The notes under the pieces: model-generated
Told to the model about the DNA's origin: nothing
The model's input: only the letters and a program-made list of their open reading frames with translations
Databases searched by the model: none
Program-made: the position numbers and the translations under genes
Shown here: piece by piece, positions 1 to 10,088 of the stretch
How the letters are laid out: the number at the start of each line of letters is the position of its first letter
How positions within the stretch are numbered: the first letter of the stretch is position 1
NCBI GenBank assembly: GCA_040285825.1
Contig: JAUPSS010000007.1
Coordinates: forward strand, 1,834,689 to 1,898,688
DNA: 64,000 nucleotides
Source of the DNA: Eukaryota sp. TZLM1-RC
Lineage: Eukaryota > Protista > Metamonada: BaSk clade
Direction of reading: 5' to 3'

Positions 1-421
1 AGGACAGCTTACACGTGGCAAGAGAGGAGAGAAGAGTGGGGAGATGGGATGAAGAGAGAAAGGAGTTTGTGAAAGAGAATACTGATAAACCTCCTCTTTC
101 TGACAATAGCTGTAACAGCGTTGTCAGAGATTCCATGGTGGTGTTTGAAAGTGGGCAATTCGAAATAGAAAGGGTATGTACATAAGGGAGAAGAAACTCA
201 CGCTCAGGAAAAGGCAAGGGGAGAGAGACTATGAATGTGGTGAGAGAAAGAAGGGCAGGTACAAGGTTATCTTCTGTTAAGCTTGGATCAGAGAACTCAA
301 TTTTGTGAATAAATGGTGGTGCATTGTTGATGGTTACATCAGTAAAGTTGTGAAAGATGGAAGGACAGACATCAGAACCATTGTCTAGACAATATTCTTC
401 ATAGTGAGCACCAAGATCCAT
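1..421 (-). CDS. Partial CDS (runs off the window edge), leucine-rich hypothetical protein
   Basis: ATG at 421, then an apparently open frame (MDLGAHYEEYCLDNGSDVCP...) to position 1 by manual translation. It is absent from the ORF track because no stop falls in the window. Confidence 0.55.
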   Translation of the reverse strand, partial: MDLGAHYEEYCLDNGSDVCPSIFHNFTDVTINNAPPFIHKIEFSDPSLTEDNLVPALLSLTTFIVSLPLPFPEREFLLPYVHTLSISNCPLSNTTMESLTTLLQLLSERGGLSVFSFTNSFLSSSHLPTLLSSLATCKLS

Positions 422-511
422 GCTAATGGAACTCCTTTACACCAATAAAGTGATCTAAAAAACATAATTAAAAAAATATGGTTATTAATTTGAAAAATCT
501 TGGGAATCGAC

Positions 512-1105
512 ACTTTTAGAAGCAAGGTTCACGGTGCTGTAAGAGACCAATTATATTGTATGTGTAAGTTGTAGAATTGAATCTTTTTTGGAACCTCTGT
601 TGTCAAATCTATTTGATGAAGATGATTTTCATAAGAATAATAAAGGTGATGTCATATTACCCGGATTAAATAAAACCTTCATTTTATTGGATGTAATGTC
701 TGTTGATCCTTGTAATGCCTCGAATGAAAAGCTTGTTAATTCTGAAATTCAAAATCCTCTTTCAAATGCTGAAAATCTCAAAATGAAAAAAATACAATGA
801 ACCATTATCCAAATTGTCCAACAAACAGCATGCAAAATACAATTTGTATCCATTTGTATTTTCTCTATTTGGTTCACTTGCTCCCACGGCTATACGCTTT
901 TTGGCAGATTTTGCAATGATTCTAAAGAGAAGAACTAACAGAAATTTCAACAGATTGTTTTGGCAAAAAGAATTGTGTTTTCTATTTTTAAGGGGATGTA
1001 GAAGATGGTTTCTGATGCTTTGCTTTCACTTGGATCTCACTATGAGAGAGCTACATCTAGTTGTTTTGTTTTGGGAGAGATGGATTATTAAGCTGTTGAT
1101 TTATA
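512..1105 (+). mobile_element. Degenerate 3' fragment of CRE-like non-LTR retrotransposon (subfamily ending ...DVDL)
   Basis: Close match to 61585-62183 (EPLLSNLFD..DVMSVDPCNASNE..KYNLYPFVFS); frameshifted. Confidence 0.85.
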
Positions 1106-1169
1106 AGTCTTCTGATGAATGAATCTTTTTTTTAAAAAATTATTGTACGCAATTGGCAAATTTGTACGT

Positions 1170-1860
1170 CTTAGCTTGGCTAAAGAAAAAAAATGCCGTT
1201 TTTGCAAACTTTTTGATTGATCTTGAAGACAGTTGCTCAAGTTGCCTAATCTCCCAAATTCCCAACATTTATGGCCATCTACTCAATGATCACCAATGGA
1301 CCACTGCAATGAGAATGAGATGTTTTCTATGGCCTTGTTCTTTACCAAATGATTTAATTTGTCGCTGCAAGAGTGTTGTTACGCTTTCCCATATTTTAAA
1401 CTGTAAGTATTTTATAACTTATCGCTCAATTGTTCATGACTCAGTTCGTGATCAATTATATGCCATGTGCAAAAGTTTCAATATAGAGGCATTTATTGAG
1501 CCACTAGTACGTAAGCTGTCTTCAGATCAAACTGAAGATTCCTTTGGTAAAAGAAGGGCAGATTTAGTAGCTCCAGGGATCGATGGTGTTCTCAATGTTG
1601 TAGATGTTGTCTCAGTTGATGTTTGCAAAAATTCTGCTGCTCGTTTAGTGTATTCCGCTGATTCGCCGTTATCTAATGCCGAAAAAAAGAAGATAAAAAA
1701 ATGTGAAGAGCCTTTGGCACAGTTAGGTAGAGTGGAACATGTGAAATATCAGTTTGTGCTGTTTGCAATTTCTCTTTTTGGCAATATTGGACTTTCAGGG
1801 TTGCACTTTTTGAAAATTTTAAAAAAGTGTTACTGAATAGGTCTGGTAAAACAATGAACT
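1170..1860 (+). mobile_element. Fragment of a second CRE-like LINE subfamily (zinc knuckle + restriction-like endonuclease)
   Basis: CRCK..HILNC, RSIVHDSVRDQL, KRRADLV..DVVSVD motifs typical of RLE-type LINE C-termini. Confidence 0.8.
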
Positions 1861-1875
1861 CCACTTTCTGGTTTC

Positions 1876-2170
1876 CCATTGCTTTCCCATTTTCGATAAA
1901 TGGAAGATTATCAGTTGAAGCAGAAATTTTTTTGGATGACTTCCAAAAAATGGTGCAAGAAAAATCAATGAAAAGATTTGATATTTTTTTATGGCGTTCA
2001 CGGATTCAATTTGCCATTATTAATAGATTACCGCGGTGTTTCAGTCGAATTAGAGAAGCTTTAGCTAGACAGCAAGCAAATCAAGATTTTGTAGATGAAA
2101 TCTTGGTTCAATGATAGTCGTCCCATTAGTTATGATTTAATTTAATCAAGTGTGCAAATTCAATAAATAT
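1876..2170 (+). mobile_element. 5'-truncated 3' end of LINE subfamily ending ...EILVQ
   Basis: IAFPFSINGRLSVEAE...EILVQ* plus a conserved 3'UTR (ccattagt..aagtgtgcaaattcaataaa), shared with copies at 7.8, 19.2, 22.0, 25.3 and 54.3 kb. Confidence 0.85.
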
Positions 2171-2432
2171 ACTTTCTGGTTAAATAGAATTGTTTTTTGC
2201 ATTTTCAAGTCTATTCCAACAATGATTTCAAAGGCACTTTTAGCTATTGTTGTAAAATATGAACGTAATGCTGTGAGTAGGTTTAGTAATAGTGACGCTT
2301 GTTTGGAGGATATTGAATTCTAGATGGGTTTTTTATCTCAATAAATATTCCAGTTAAAAAAAATTAGCAAAAGCTTGGAATACCATACCCTTCGTTCACT
2401 TTCACCTTTAATCATAACTGTACACTTAACAT

Positions 2433-3443
2433 ATGTCTGACGTGTCTTCCAATAACTTCTTCTTCTCTGACGAAGAGTACAGCGATATAGTAGAAGACGA
2501 CACACTCTTTCCACAAATTAGAGAGGCTCAAATAGAACGAGGCCCTCTGTATTCTCAAGGTATTCACCTTCAACATCGATTAGCACGTTACTTTTCATAC
2601 AAACGGTCTATTCATGCATCTAATGAATCTGATGAAGAAGTTGAGACTTCTCAACCCCATACGGTAGATGGATCTGTCGAACAAGAACAACGTTATTTGC
2701 GAGCTCTCACAGAATTTGATCAAGCAAGAGAACAGCTCTTCTCTACGATTGAAGTCCAGGACGAAGCCGTTGAACTAGAGATGGACAAACTTAAAGAAAA
2801 GGAAGAAAAGCTTGCTGATTTGCGCCAAACTTCAAAGCAATTACGCCTATCAATTGCTGAAGATGCTATGCATTCAACCACAAAGAAACCATTATCGGTC
2901 AAACAATTGGAAAAACTCGAAAACCAGCTTCAAACTGCAGATGAAGAAGTGTCGAGGGAAAGGTTAGTCAATATCCATTTGAATAAGCAATTGCTAAAAT
3001 ATGAGGGAGGGTTCCAAAAGAAGGACGAAGGGCCTCAGCTGATTGACTTTGAGCAATTACGACTGGAAAATCATTCATTTAGTGATAAAATTGAGGAACG
3101 TAATGAAGAATTAATGGTATTAAAGAAGAAGATTAACTCTACTATTCAAATGATTAGTCACATCAAGCAGAAATTTACTTTTGTAGAAGCAAATAATGAT
3201 AGAATGAGATCTAATCTAACTTTACTAGATGAAGATTTATCAGCACACAGAGATGCACTTACGAAACTGAAAAGAGTGAAGGAACAGTTAAGAACGGAAA
3301 GTAATGAATTGCGTAATCAGACAGGGTTGATTGGTAATCCAGTTCTATATGAAGATTTTTTAAATAGAGAGTCGAGAATAGAAGAATTAAAAATCAAGGC
3401 TGAAGAATTAAAAAGTGAGTTGCTTCAATACCAGAAAGTATAA
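2433..3443 (+). CDS. CCDC96: CCDC96/CFAP184-like coiled-coil cilia protein (DUF4201)
   Basis: LIDFEQLRLENHSFSDKIEERNEEL motif and long coiled coil. Confidence 0.75.
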   Translation: MSDVSSNNFFFSDEEYSDIVEDDTLFPQIREAQIERGPLYSQGIHLQHRLARYFSYKRSIHASNESDEEVETSQPHTVDGSVEQEQRYLRALTEFDQAREQLFSTIEVQDEAVELEMDKLKEKEEKLADLRQTSKQLRLSIAEDAMHSTTKKPLSVKQLEKLENQLQTADEEVSRERLVNIHLNKQLLKYEGGFQKKDEGPQLIDFEQLRLENHSFSDKIEERNEELMVLKKKINSTIQMISHIKQKFTFVEANNDRMRSNLTLLDEDLSAHRDALTKLKRVKEQLRTESNELRNQTGLIGNPVLYEDFLNRESRIEELKIKAEELKSELLQYQKV

Positions 3444-3621
3444 GTTAATAGAGTAGAGTTGTATCAAAAGGTGGTTTATTATTTATAATTTTGATTATTT
3501 ATAATTTTTGTATTATATACTGAATAAATTGGTTGGCCATAAATTTCTGACGTTTTATAATAAATAAAATATCGATGAATTTTATTTTAGATGAATTTTA
3601 TTTATTGAATTAGATAATTAT

Positions 3622-4418
3622 TCAACGATTCCTCAGAGAATAACTCTTTCCCTTGAAAGTCAATCCTTCATCCTTAGGTTCTTCCTTATTTACAGGCATT
3701 TCCATCTCTTCACCCCACCCACAAATGTTGTATCCAAACTCCTTTACCCAGGAGGGTGCTGTATCCTCCACTTTGGGCTCAGGTTTTGGTTCTTTATAGC
3801 CAACAGGGGCCTCAAACTCTGTCACGACATCAGTGTCGATTAAAGAAACGGCATCTGCTGGTTGTAAATCTAGTATATTTAAATCAAAAGTCTTGTCACC
3901 AAATTTGATTCTAATGGTGTCCCCTACAGTAAAAGTTGGGTAATTGCGGAGTTGGTATTCAAGAACAGCCTTGGGTTGTTCTATTTCAAGGAAATCTGTT
4001 GATAGGGGTTGTAAACGCACAAAACTGCCTTTTGGAAGTCGAACATATTCAATAGTGATACGTTCCTCCATTTCAACACCAAGGTTCTCCATCATCCATA
4101 GAGGCATATAAACGAAGCCTGGACGTGCTGAGAACTCAGAGACACCTGCATGAGTGAATTGTCCCGTCCTGTTGTTTGTTAGGCGAAACATAAAAGGATA
4201 CTCTAATTCTGAAGAATCTAAGATAAGCAGGATGAGTGAGACTTACATAAATCATTTAGAGACCGTTCAGGTAGTATAATATTGCCAGTAAATTCATATT
4301 GTTCTTTTCCTTCAATTGCTAAAGGTGCAACGGAAAAAGTCCGCTTGAATGATCGTGATGGTCTACCTCGAAACCCTGGTATGGTAGATCGGGAAAATGG
4401 ACTAGGAAATCGATCCAT
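3622..4418 (-). CDS. UFD1: Ubiquitin fusion degradation protein UFD1; one 29-nt intron (4218-4246)
   Basis: GNIILPERSL, YPFMFRL, THAGVSEFSA..YMPLWMM, LPKGSFVRLQP, AVSLIDTD motifs. A GTAAGT...TTAG intron joins the two ORFs in frame. Confidence 0.9.
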
Positions 4419-4515
4419 GCAAACAAAATGTGAAAAAAATCCAATATATCTCTTTCTTACAGATGCTCTGATAATCGCTTCCTCATTTAAGGATTTCTTT
4501 GGGTCTTATCACTTG

Positions 4516-5415
4516 ATGTCTTCTACACCTTCGTTCAAACTCTTTGTAGGACAAGTACCACGTAGTTTTACCGAACATGAGCTTCATCAGCTTTTCAGAA
4601 AATATGGACCACTTCAAGAGGTTGCTTTAGTGCGTGATCGTAAAACAGGTGCTTCTAGAGGATGTGCATTTGTTCGATTTTCTGAACGTGAATCCGCCGA
4701 CGCAGCTATCGCCGACCTTCACAACCGTTTGGTACTTCATAATGCCAGACATCCATTACAAATACGTTATGCTAATGGTCCTGAGAGAGATCAAGTTGCC
4801 ATCTCATCCAGGCCCAGATATGAACCCACACCTGAAACTGCTAAAACCAAGCTGTTCTGTGGGATGCTGGGTCGTAATATAACTGAAATTCAGTTACACA
4901 TGATGTTTAGTCAGTTTGGTGATATTGATGAGATTGTATTACTTCGAGATGCAACTGGTCGTTCTCGGCGATGTGCCTTTGTGCGTCTCAAGTCTAGAGA
5001 GGCCGCTGAAAAGGCAGTCGCCTCCCTTCATGAACGAGTTCATTTTGACGATGCACCAGCACCTTGTGTATGTAAGTTTGCAGCTGAGGAGGAACAGGGG
5101 GAGCTGATAAGGACTGAGTTTTTGGAGGGGGAAGGGGATTCATCCTATGAGGAAGGTCCTAGTGGTGCCAATTTGGTTATTTATGGTCTTGGGCCCAAGT
5201 TTTCGGTTTCTAAACTGTTGGGTTTGTTTTCAGAATTTGGAACAGTCATTAATAGTACTTTATACAAATCAAAGTCATCACAAGGGGAGATTTATTACGC
5301 CAGACTTGCTTTTAATACTGCAGAGGCTGCGGTTGAAGCAACAGAAGCATTGAATGGACAAGAAATAGATGGATGTTTGCTTACAGTTATTCGAAAAAAG
5401 ATTGAAGTTCCATAA
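4516..5415 (+). CDS. CELF/Bruno-like RNA-binding protein, three RRMs
   Basis: KLFVGQVPR, SRGCAFVRF, PLQIRYA, KLFCGML motifs; ATG at 4516. Confidence 0.8.
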   Translation: MSSTPSFKLFVGQVPRSFTEHELHQLFRKYGPLQEVALVRDRKTGASRGCAFVRFSERESADAAIADLHNRLVLHNARHPLQIRYANGPERDQVAISSRPRYEPTPETAKTKLFCGMLGRNITEIQLHMMFSQFGDIDEIVLLRDATGRSRRCAFVRLKSREAAEKAVASLHERVHFDDAPAPCVCKFAAEEEQGELIRTEFLEGEGDSSYEEGPSGANLVIYGLGPKFSVSKLLGLFSEFGTVINSTLYKSKSSQGEIYYARLAFNTAEAAVEATEALNGQEIDGCLLTVIRKKIEVP

Positions 5416-5524
5416 ATATGTGAATATGTAAAGTGGTTTAATTTACCTCAAAATGAAACATATTCTAAATAACAGTTCTGAAATCAAATATGTTCACACA
5501 GATTTATACAATTTATTTTAGGAT

Positions 5525-6712
5525 CTAATTTAAGAGATTTTCAACTACACATGCATGACCTTCTCCCCCACCAACACACAAAGCAGCTAATCCATGCCTC
5601 TTCTTTTCATCTCGGAGGGCATAGAGCAATGCAACAAGACGAATACATCCAGAAGCTCCCAATGGGTGAGTTAGAGAAATTCCACCACCTCTAATATTAA
5701 CCTTGTCCATATCAAGACCTAAAATCTTGACATTGGCCAAAACCACGGCAGCAAAGGCTTCATTAATGTCAAATAAATCAACATCTTCTTTGGTCATACC
5801 AGCTCTTTTAAGAGCCTTTTCAGCAGCTAGAACTGGAGCGATAGTAAAGTGAAGAGGATCTCTGGCACCATCGGCAGAGGCGACAATCTTTGCCATTGGG
5901 GTAAGACCATGGCGTTGGGCAAACTCCAATGAAGCCAAAACGACAGCAGCAGCACCATCACCGATAGCAGATGCGTTAGCAGGAGTAATTGTTCCTTCCT
6001 TCTTAAAACAGGGTTTGAGAGTTCTCATTTTGGCAAAGTTTGCTTTGCTGACTTGTTCGTCTTGTGTGATTTTGTTTACCTTACCACGGGAAGAAATCTC
6101 AACAGGAACAACTTCATCGTGGTTATCACCTTCCCACCACTGTTGGGCACGTTTGTAAGACATTTCAGAGTAATCATCTTGTGCTTCTCTGGTCAAATCA
6201 TATTCTTCGGCAGTAGTTTCAGTATTGAGACCCATGTGTTGGTTGTTGAAGGGGTCCCACAGGCCGTCATTGATGAGACTATCAACAATTTCTCCATTTC
6301 CCATACGGAGTCCGGCACGAGCCTTGGGAATCATATAAGGAGAGTTGGACATTGATTCAGATCCACCAGCCAAAACACATTCAACATCTCCTGACAAGAT
6401 GGATTGTGCAGCAAAATGGACAGCTTTGAGTCCAGAGGCACAAACCTTGTTTATAGAGGTGCAAGAGATTGATTCTGGGAGACTGGCCTTAAGGACAGCT
6501 TGGCGACAAGGATTTTGGCCACCACCACCTTGAAGAACATTTCCAAGATAGGCAGCATCAATGTCAGATTCAGAAATACCTGCTCGGCGAACAGCTTCCT
6601 TGAATACAACAGCACCAAGGTCGGATGATGACATTGAAGACAAAGAACCTTGAAAACAGCCAAGTGGAGTTCTGCAGGCTGATAAAATGACAACAGTGTT
6701 AGATGGATCCAT
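5525..6712 (-). CDS. Acetyl-CoA C-acetyltransferase (thiolase)
   Basis: INKVCASG, NEAFA, HPLGASG and CVGGG catalytic motifs; no obvious N-terminal presequence. Confidence 0.95.
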   Translation of the reverse strand: MDPSNTVVILSACRTPLGCFQGSLSSMSSSDLGAVVFKEAVRRAGISESDIDAAYLGNVLQGGGGQNPCRQAVLKASLPESISCTSINKVCASGLKAVHFAAQSILSGDVECVLAGGSESMSNSPYMIPKARAGLRMGNGEIVDSLINDGLWDPFNNQHMGLNTETTAEEYDLTREAQDDYSEMSYKRAQQWWEGDNHDEVVPVEISSRGKVNKITQDEQVSKANFAKMRTLKPCFKKEGTITPANASAIGDGAAAVVLASLEFAQRHGLTPMAKIVASADGARDPLHFTIAPVLAAEKALKRAGMTKEDVDLFDINEAFAAVVLANVKILGLDMDKVNIRGGGISLTHPLGASGCIRLVALLYALRDEKKRHGLAALCVGGGEGHACVVENLLN

Positions 6713-6763
6713 TCCTACAGATATTGTTTAAGGTAAGAAAAATGAGTGAATGAAATATAATCA

Positions 6764-8090
6764 TTGTTTGAAAAGTTCAACTCAATTTCCGATAAAATTG
6801 ACCGAATTGACTTTAATCATATATTTCGATCTACAAATCCTCTTATCACTAGGTCTTTGGCCCAGAAGTATGATGAATACGTGCAAACGTTTTGTCACAA
6901 TTACTGGGATGTAAAATGTTCCAAAATCCAGATCATGCCTATCGTGGTCCACATTATGGCGGTTTAGGTTGGGCGAAGGCTTCTATTCTTACTTCTTGTG
7001 CTTAATGACAACGCAAAGTTCTACTGTTTTTGCATTAAATGAAGAAATTTGAAAAATTGATGTAGAAAAATGGAGTTGATGCTTTCCCCAATCATTCAAT
7101 GGCAATATTCCAGAAAAAAGTCTTTTAAATTTAAAATACACTCTTCGAACATTACAGAAACGATTGACTGGAATGTATGAAAATAATCTTCATAATATTA
7201 TATGCAGCTCGGCTGTTTTAAATCCAGATCTTCACTCATTGTTATTGGAAAAGGGTGTTTGTGAAAATGAGTCATCAGATTATTCACTTTTTGTAACCAT
7301 TGTACCACCAAGATTTGAACTGTGTGCTACTAATGAAGCATTTGTAACAAAAATGAGATTATATTTGAATATCCCCATTAATCAATTATTATTAAAAGAA
7401 AATGTATTTGTTCGAATTCACCTCAACTCACTTTGCGCCGTGCTCTGAATTGTTCTAAATTGATAACTTATTGTTCTTCATTACATGATGCTGTTAGAGA
7501 CACTGTTTTCAATATGGCACAAACTGCAAGAATTTCGTGTATCAAAGAGCCCCTGCTGAAGGAAACACTTTCTCTGAATAATTTTGGTTCTGATGATACA
7601 GGTGATGTATACTGTGATTGGATTGATAATTCTGAAGCTATTGTTGTCTCATGTAATGTTGCAAAAAATACTTTGGTTCACAGAAGAAAACTTAATCCTG
7701 TGACTGCTCTTGATTTTAAAGCAAAAGAGAAACATAGAAAAAATGATAAAGATATTGAAGAGGCTAATGCCGATAGAAATACACTGGTTTTTATTGCTTT
7801 CCCATTTTCGATAAATGGAAGATTATCAGATGAAGCAGAAACTTTTTTGAATGACTTCCAACAAATGGTGCAAGAAAAAACAGTGAAAAGATTTGATATT
7901 TTTTATGGCGCTCTCGGATTGAATTTGCCATTATTAATAGGTTACCTTGGTTTTTCAATCGAATTAGAGAAGCTTTAGCTAGACAGCAAGCAGATCAAGA
8001 TTTTGTAGAGGAAATCTTGGTTCATTGAATTTCGTAACATTAGTTATGAATTAATTTTATTAAGTGTGCAGATTCAATAAATTTAATAAA
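6764..8090 (+). mobile_element. Degenerate CRE-like LINE (EILVQ subfamily), longer copy
   Basis: GGLG motif, SSLHDAVRD, RLE region and the conserved 3'UTR; multiple frameshifts and stops. Confidence 0.8.
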
Positions 8091-8264
8091 CAAGATAAAA
8101 TCATAAATACCATTTAATTTCAATTTATGGTAGAATTTGTGGGTGTTTTTGCTGTGTATCCTGTGATGAAAATTCCTCTTCTACTTGCCTTTGTTCCTTT
8201 TAAAACCGACATTGAGTTTCATGAAGATAATCCTGACAATGGTCAAAAACCATTGTCCAAGAGC

Positions 8265-8594
8265 ATGTGTTCAAAGCAACACTGTCATTAAAAAAGTTTG
8301 GTTCTGATGATAGAGCTGCTATTTACTGTCATTGGATCGACAACTCTGAGGTTGTTGTTGATTTTATCTCCTGTAATGTTGTTGCTAATGACACTTTGGT
8401 TCATAGAAGAAAACTATGCTCTAAATGCTTTAGCATACAAAGCCAAGAAAAAACATAGAAAATATGACAAAGATACCGAAGAAGCTTATGCTGATAGAAA
8501 CAGACCACTTGGTTTTATTGCTTTTCCATTTTCTATAAATGGAAAACTGTCAATAGAAGCAGGAACTTTTTTGAATGATTTCCAAATGTTGTAA
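8265..8594 (+). mobile_element. Diverged fragment of EILVQ-type LINE endonuclease region
   Basis: FGSDDRA..WIDNSEVVVDFISCNV..KHRKYDKD..IAFPFSING. Confidence 0.7.
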
Positions 8595-8895
8595 GGGGCC
8601 TTTCAGGTAAAATTTTGACTGGATGTCTACGTCTTCGATGGGGCATTTTTTTAGTGCCCTTTAACTGTGTTTTTTTGGTTTTGTTGGCATCAGGGTCACT
8701 TTTCATTTCATTTTTTGATCTTCTTTTCTTTTTCGGTGGTTCATCCAGCTCATCTGTGTTTTCTGAGTCATTATTTTAACCTTCAAAGGTCAAAAGCAGT
8801 TCATTACCATTAGTTTTCAATAAAAAATTTTTTAAATCTATTTTTCAAACTTTGTCTGTTGATATTAAATTTTTGGTTTGAATTCAATTTGAAAT

Positions 8896-9824
8896 TCATT
8901 GTTTGAATATTCGTTTCAGACTTGTATTGTTGATAAGCTTTGTTTTGGAAGATGATCCTTCAATAAGTGGAATTTTTTTCACAGACTGGAAAACATGTGA
9001 AGGTACCTCAAGAAATTTTGAACCCTTATGAGAAGCTAAAGGTATTATTCTAAATTTCTTCCAGCAAAGCATATGAGAAAAGAAAGTGAGTAAGTATTGT
9101 GAAATTTTAAGATTAAAGAGAAAAAGCTCACCAATTTCCTTTGATGAAAAGGTGAATTTACCATGTGAAATCAGTAGGAAATCAGTGGCAGGAAATCTTT
9201 GAAGGAGATTCAAGATAAACTTACATGCATCCAATAAAAAGAATCTTTCTCTTGAATTATTCAGATTGAAATTGAGGTAGTGTTCAAGAACAGAATAAAC
9301 AACTACTTTCTCGGATTGGGCTAAGGGTTCATCTGGCAAAAGAGAGATAAGATAATTGGCACAGACATTCGTTTTATCTAGAGCTCTACAATGAGCACGA
9401 ATAAAGTTTTTTGTCCAGGATTGACAAATTTTAGGTAAACTTGTCTTCACGTTAGACGCCAATTGACGAGCCCGACAAGCAAGGTAAGGAGAAAGCATTT
9501 TTTAGTGATAAAATTACAATTCTGAGACTGCAGCCAAGCATTGAGAAAAAGATTGAATGAATTTCTATAAGGCACTAAAGAATTTTCCCACAATGAAACA
9601 AGAGACCTGTCTTGTGGGCATTCTGGAAGAAATCCACTGTAAAAGATATGGAGTAATTGGCGTTGGCCTTTAGATGTGGAAGGCTTAGGAAAAGAACCAG
9701 TGGTGATGACGGTCAAATAGAGATACCATACATCCTGTTCCACTAAAGCTCTAGATGCCAACGGAAAATTTAGAAGAAAAGATTGAAGCAATAAAGAAGC
9801 TTCATGACAAATCTCGGTGACCAA
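8896..9824 (-). CDS. Hypothetical protein split by a frameshift (possible pseudogene or sequencing error)
   Basis: Two overlapping minus-strand ORFs (9447-9824, 8896-9498) meet at an A6 run; no recognisable domain. Confidence 0.35.
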
Positions 9825-10088
9825 AGGAAGGTCAGTCCGAGTTCAGTGCACAAGACCGAGTGCATACACGTGACACAGGGTGGGTGTCTGTCATGTAGTG
9901 AGAATAAAGAGCTCATCTATCAAATTTTACACTTGTCGCCCCATTTTCGACTTCTGGTTGCCTGTTCTGGAAGGTTTTTAACCCTCAACTTGGTTTTGGG
10001 AGGTTTTCACTATTCCCACACTTTCCACTACGTTCATAAACTAGGTCTCCTTTGTAAAAGTTTCTGGAATTTCACCTCTATGTAACTC

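Noticed and set aside
4282-4515. N-terminal extension of the RRM protein in the ORF track
   Set aside because: It begins at a TTG and overlaps UFD1 on the opposite strand; ATG 4516 directly precedes RRM1.
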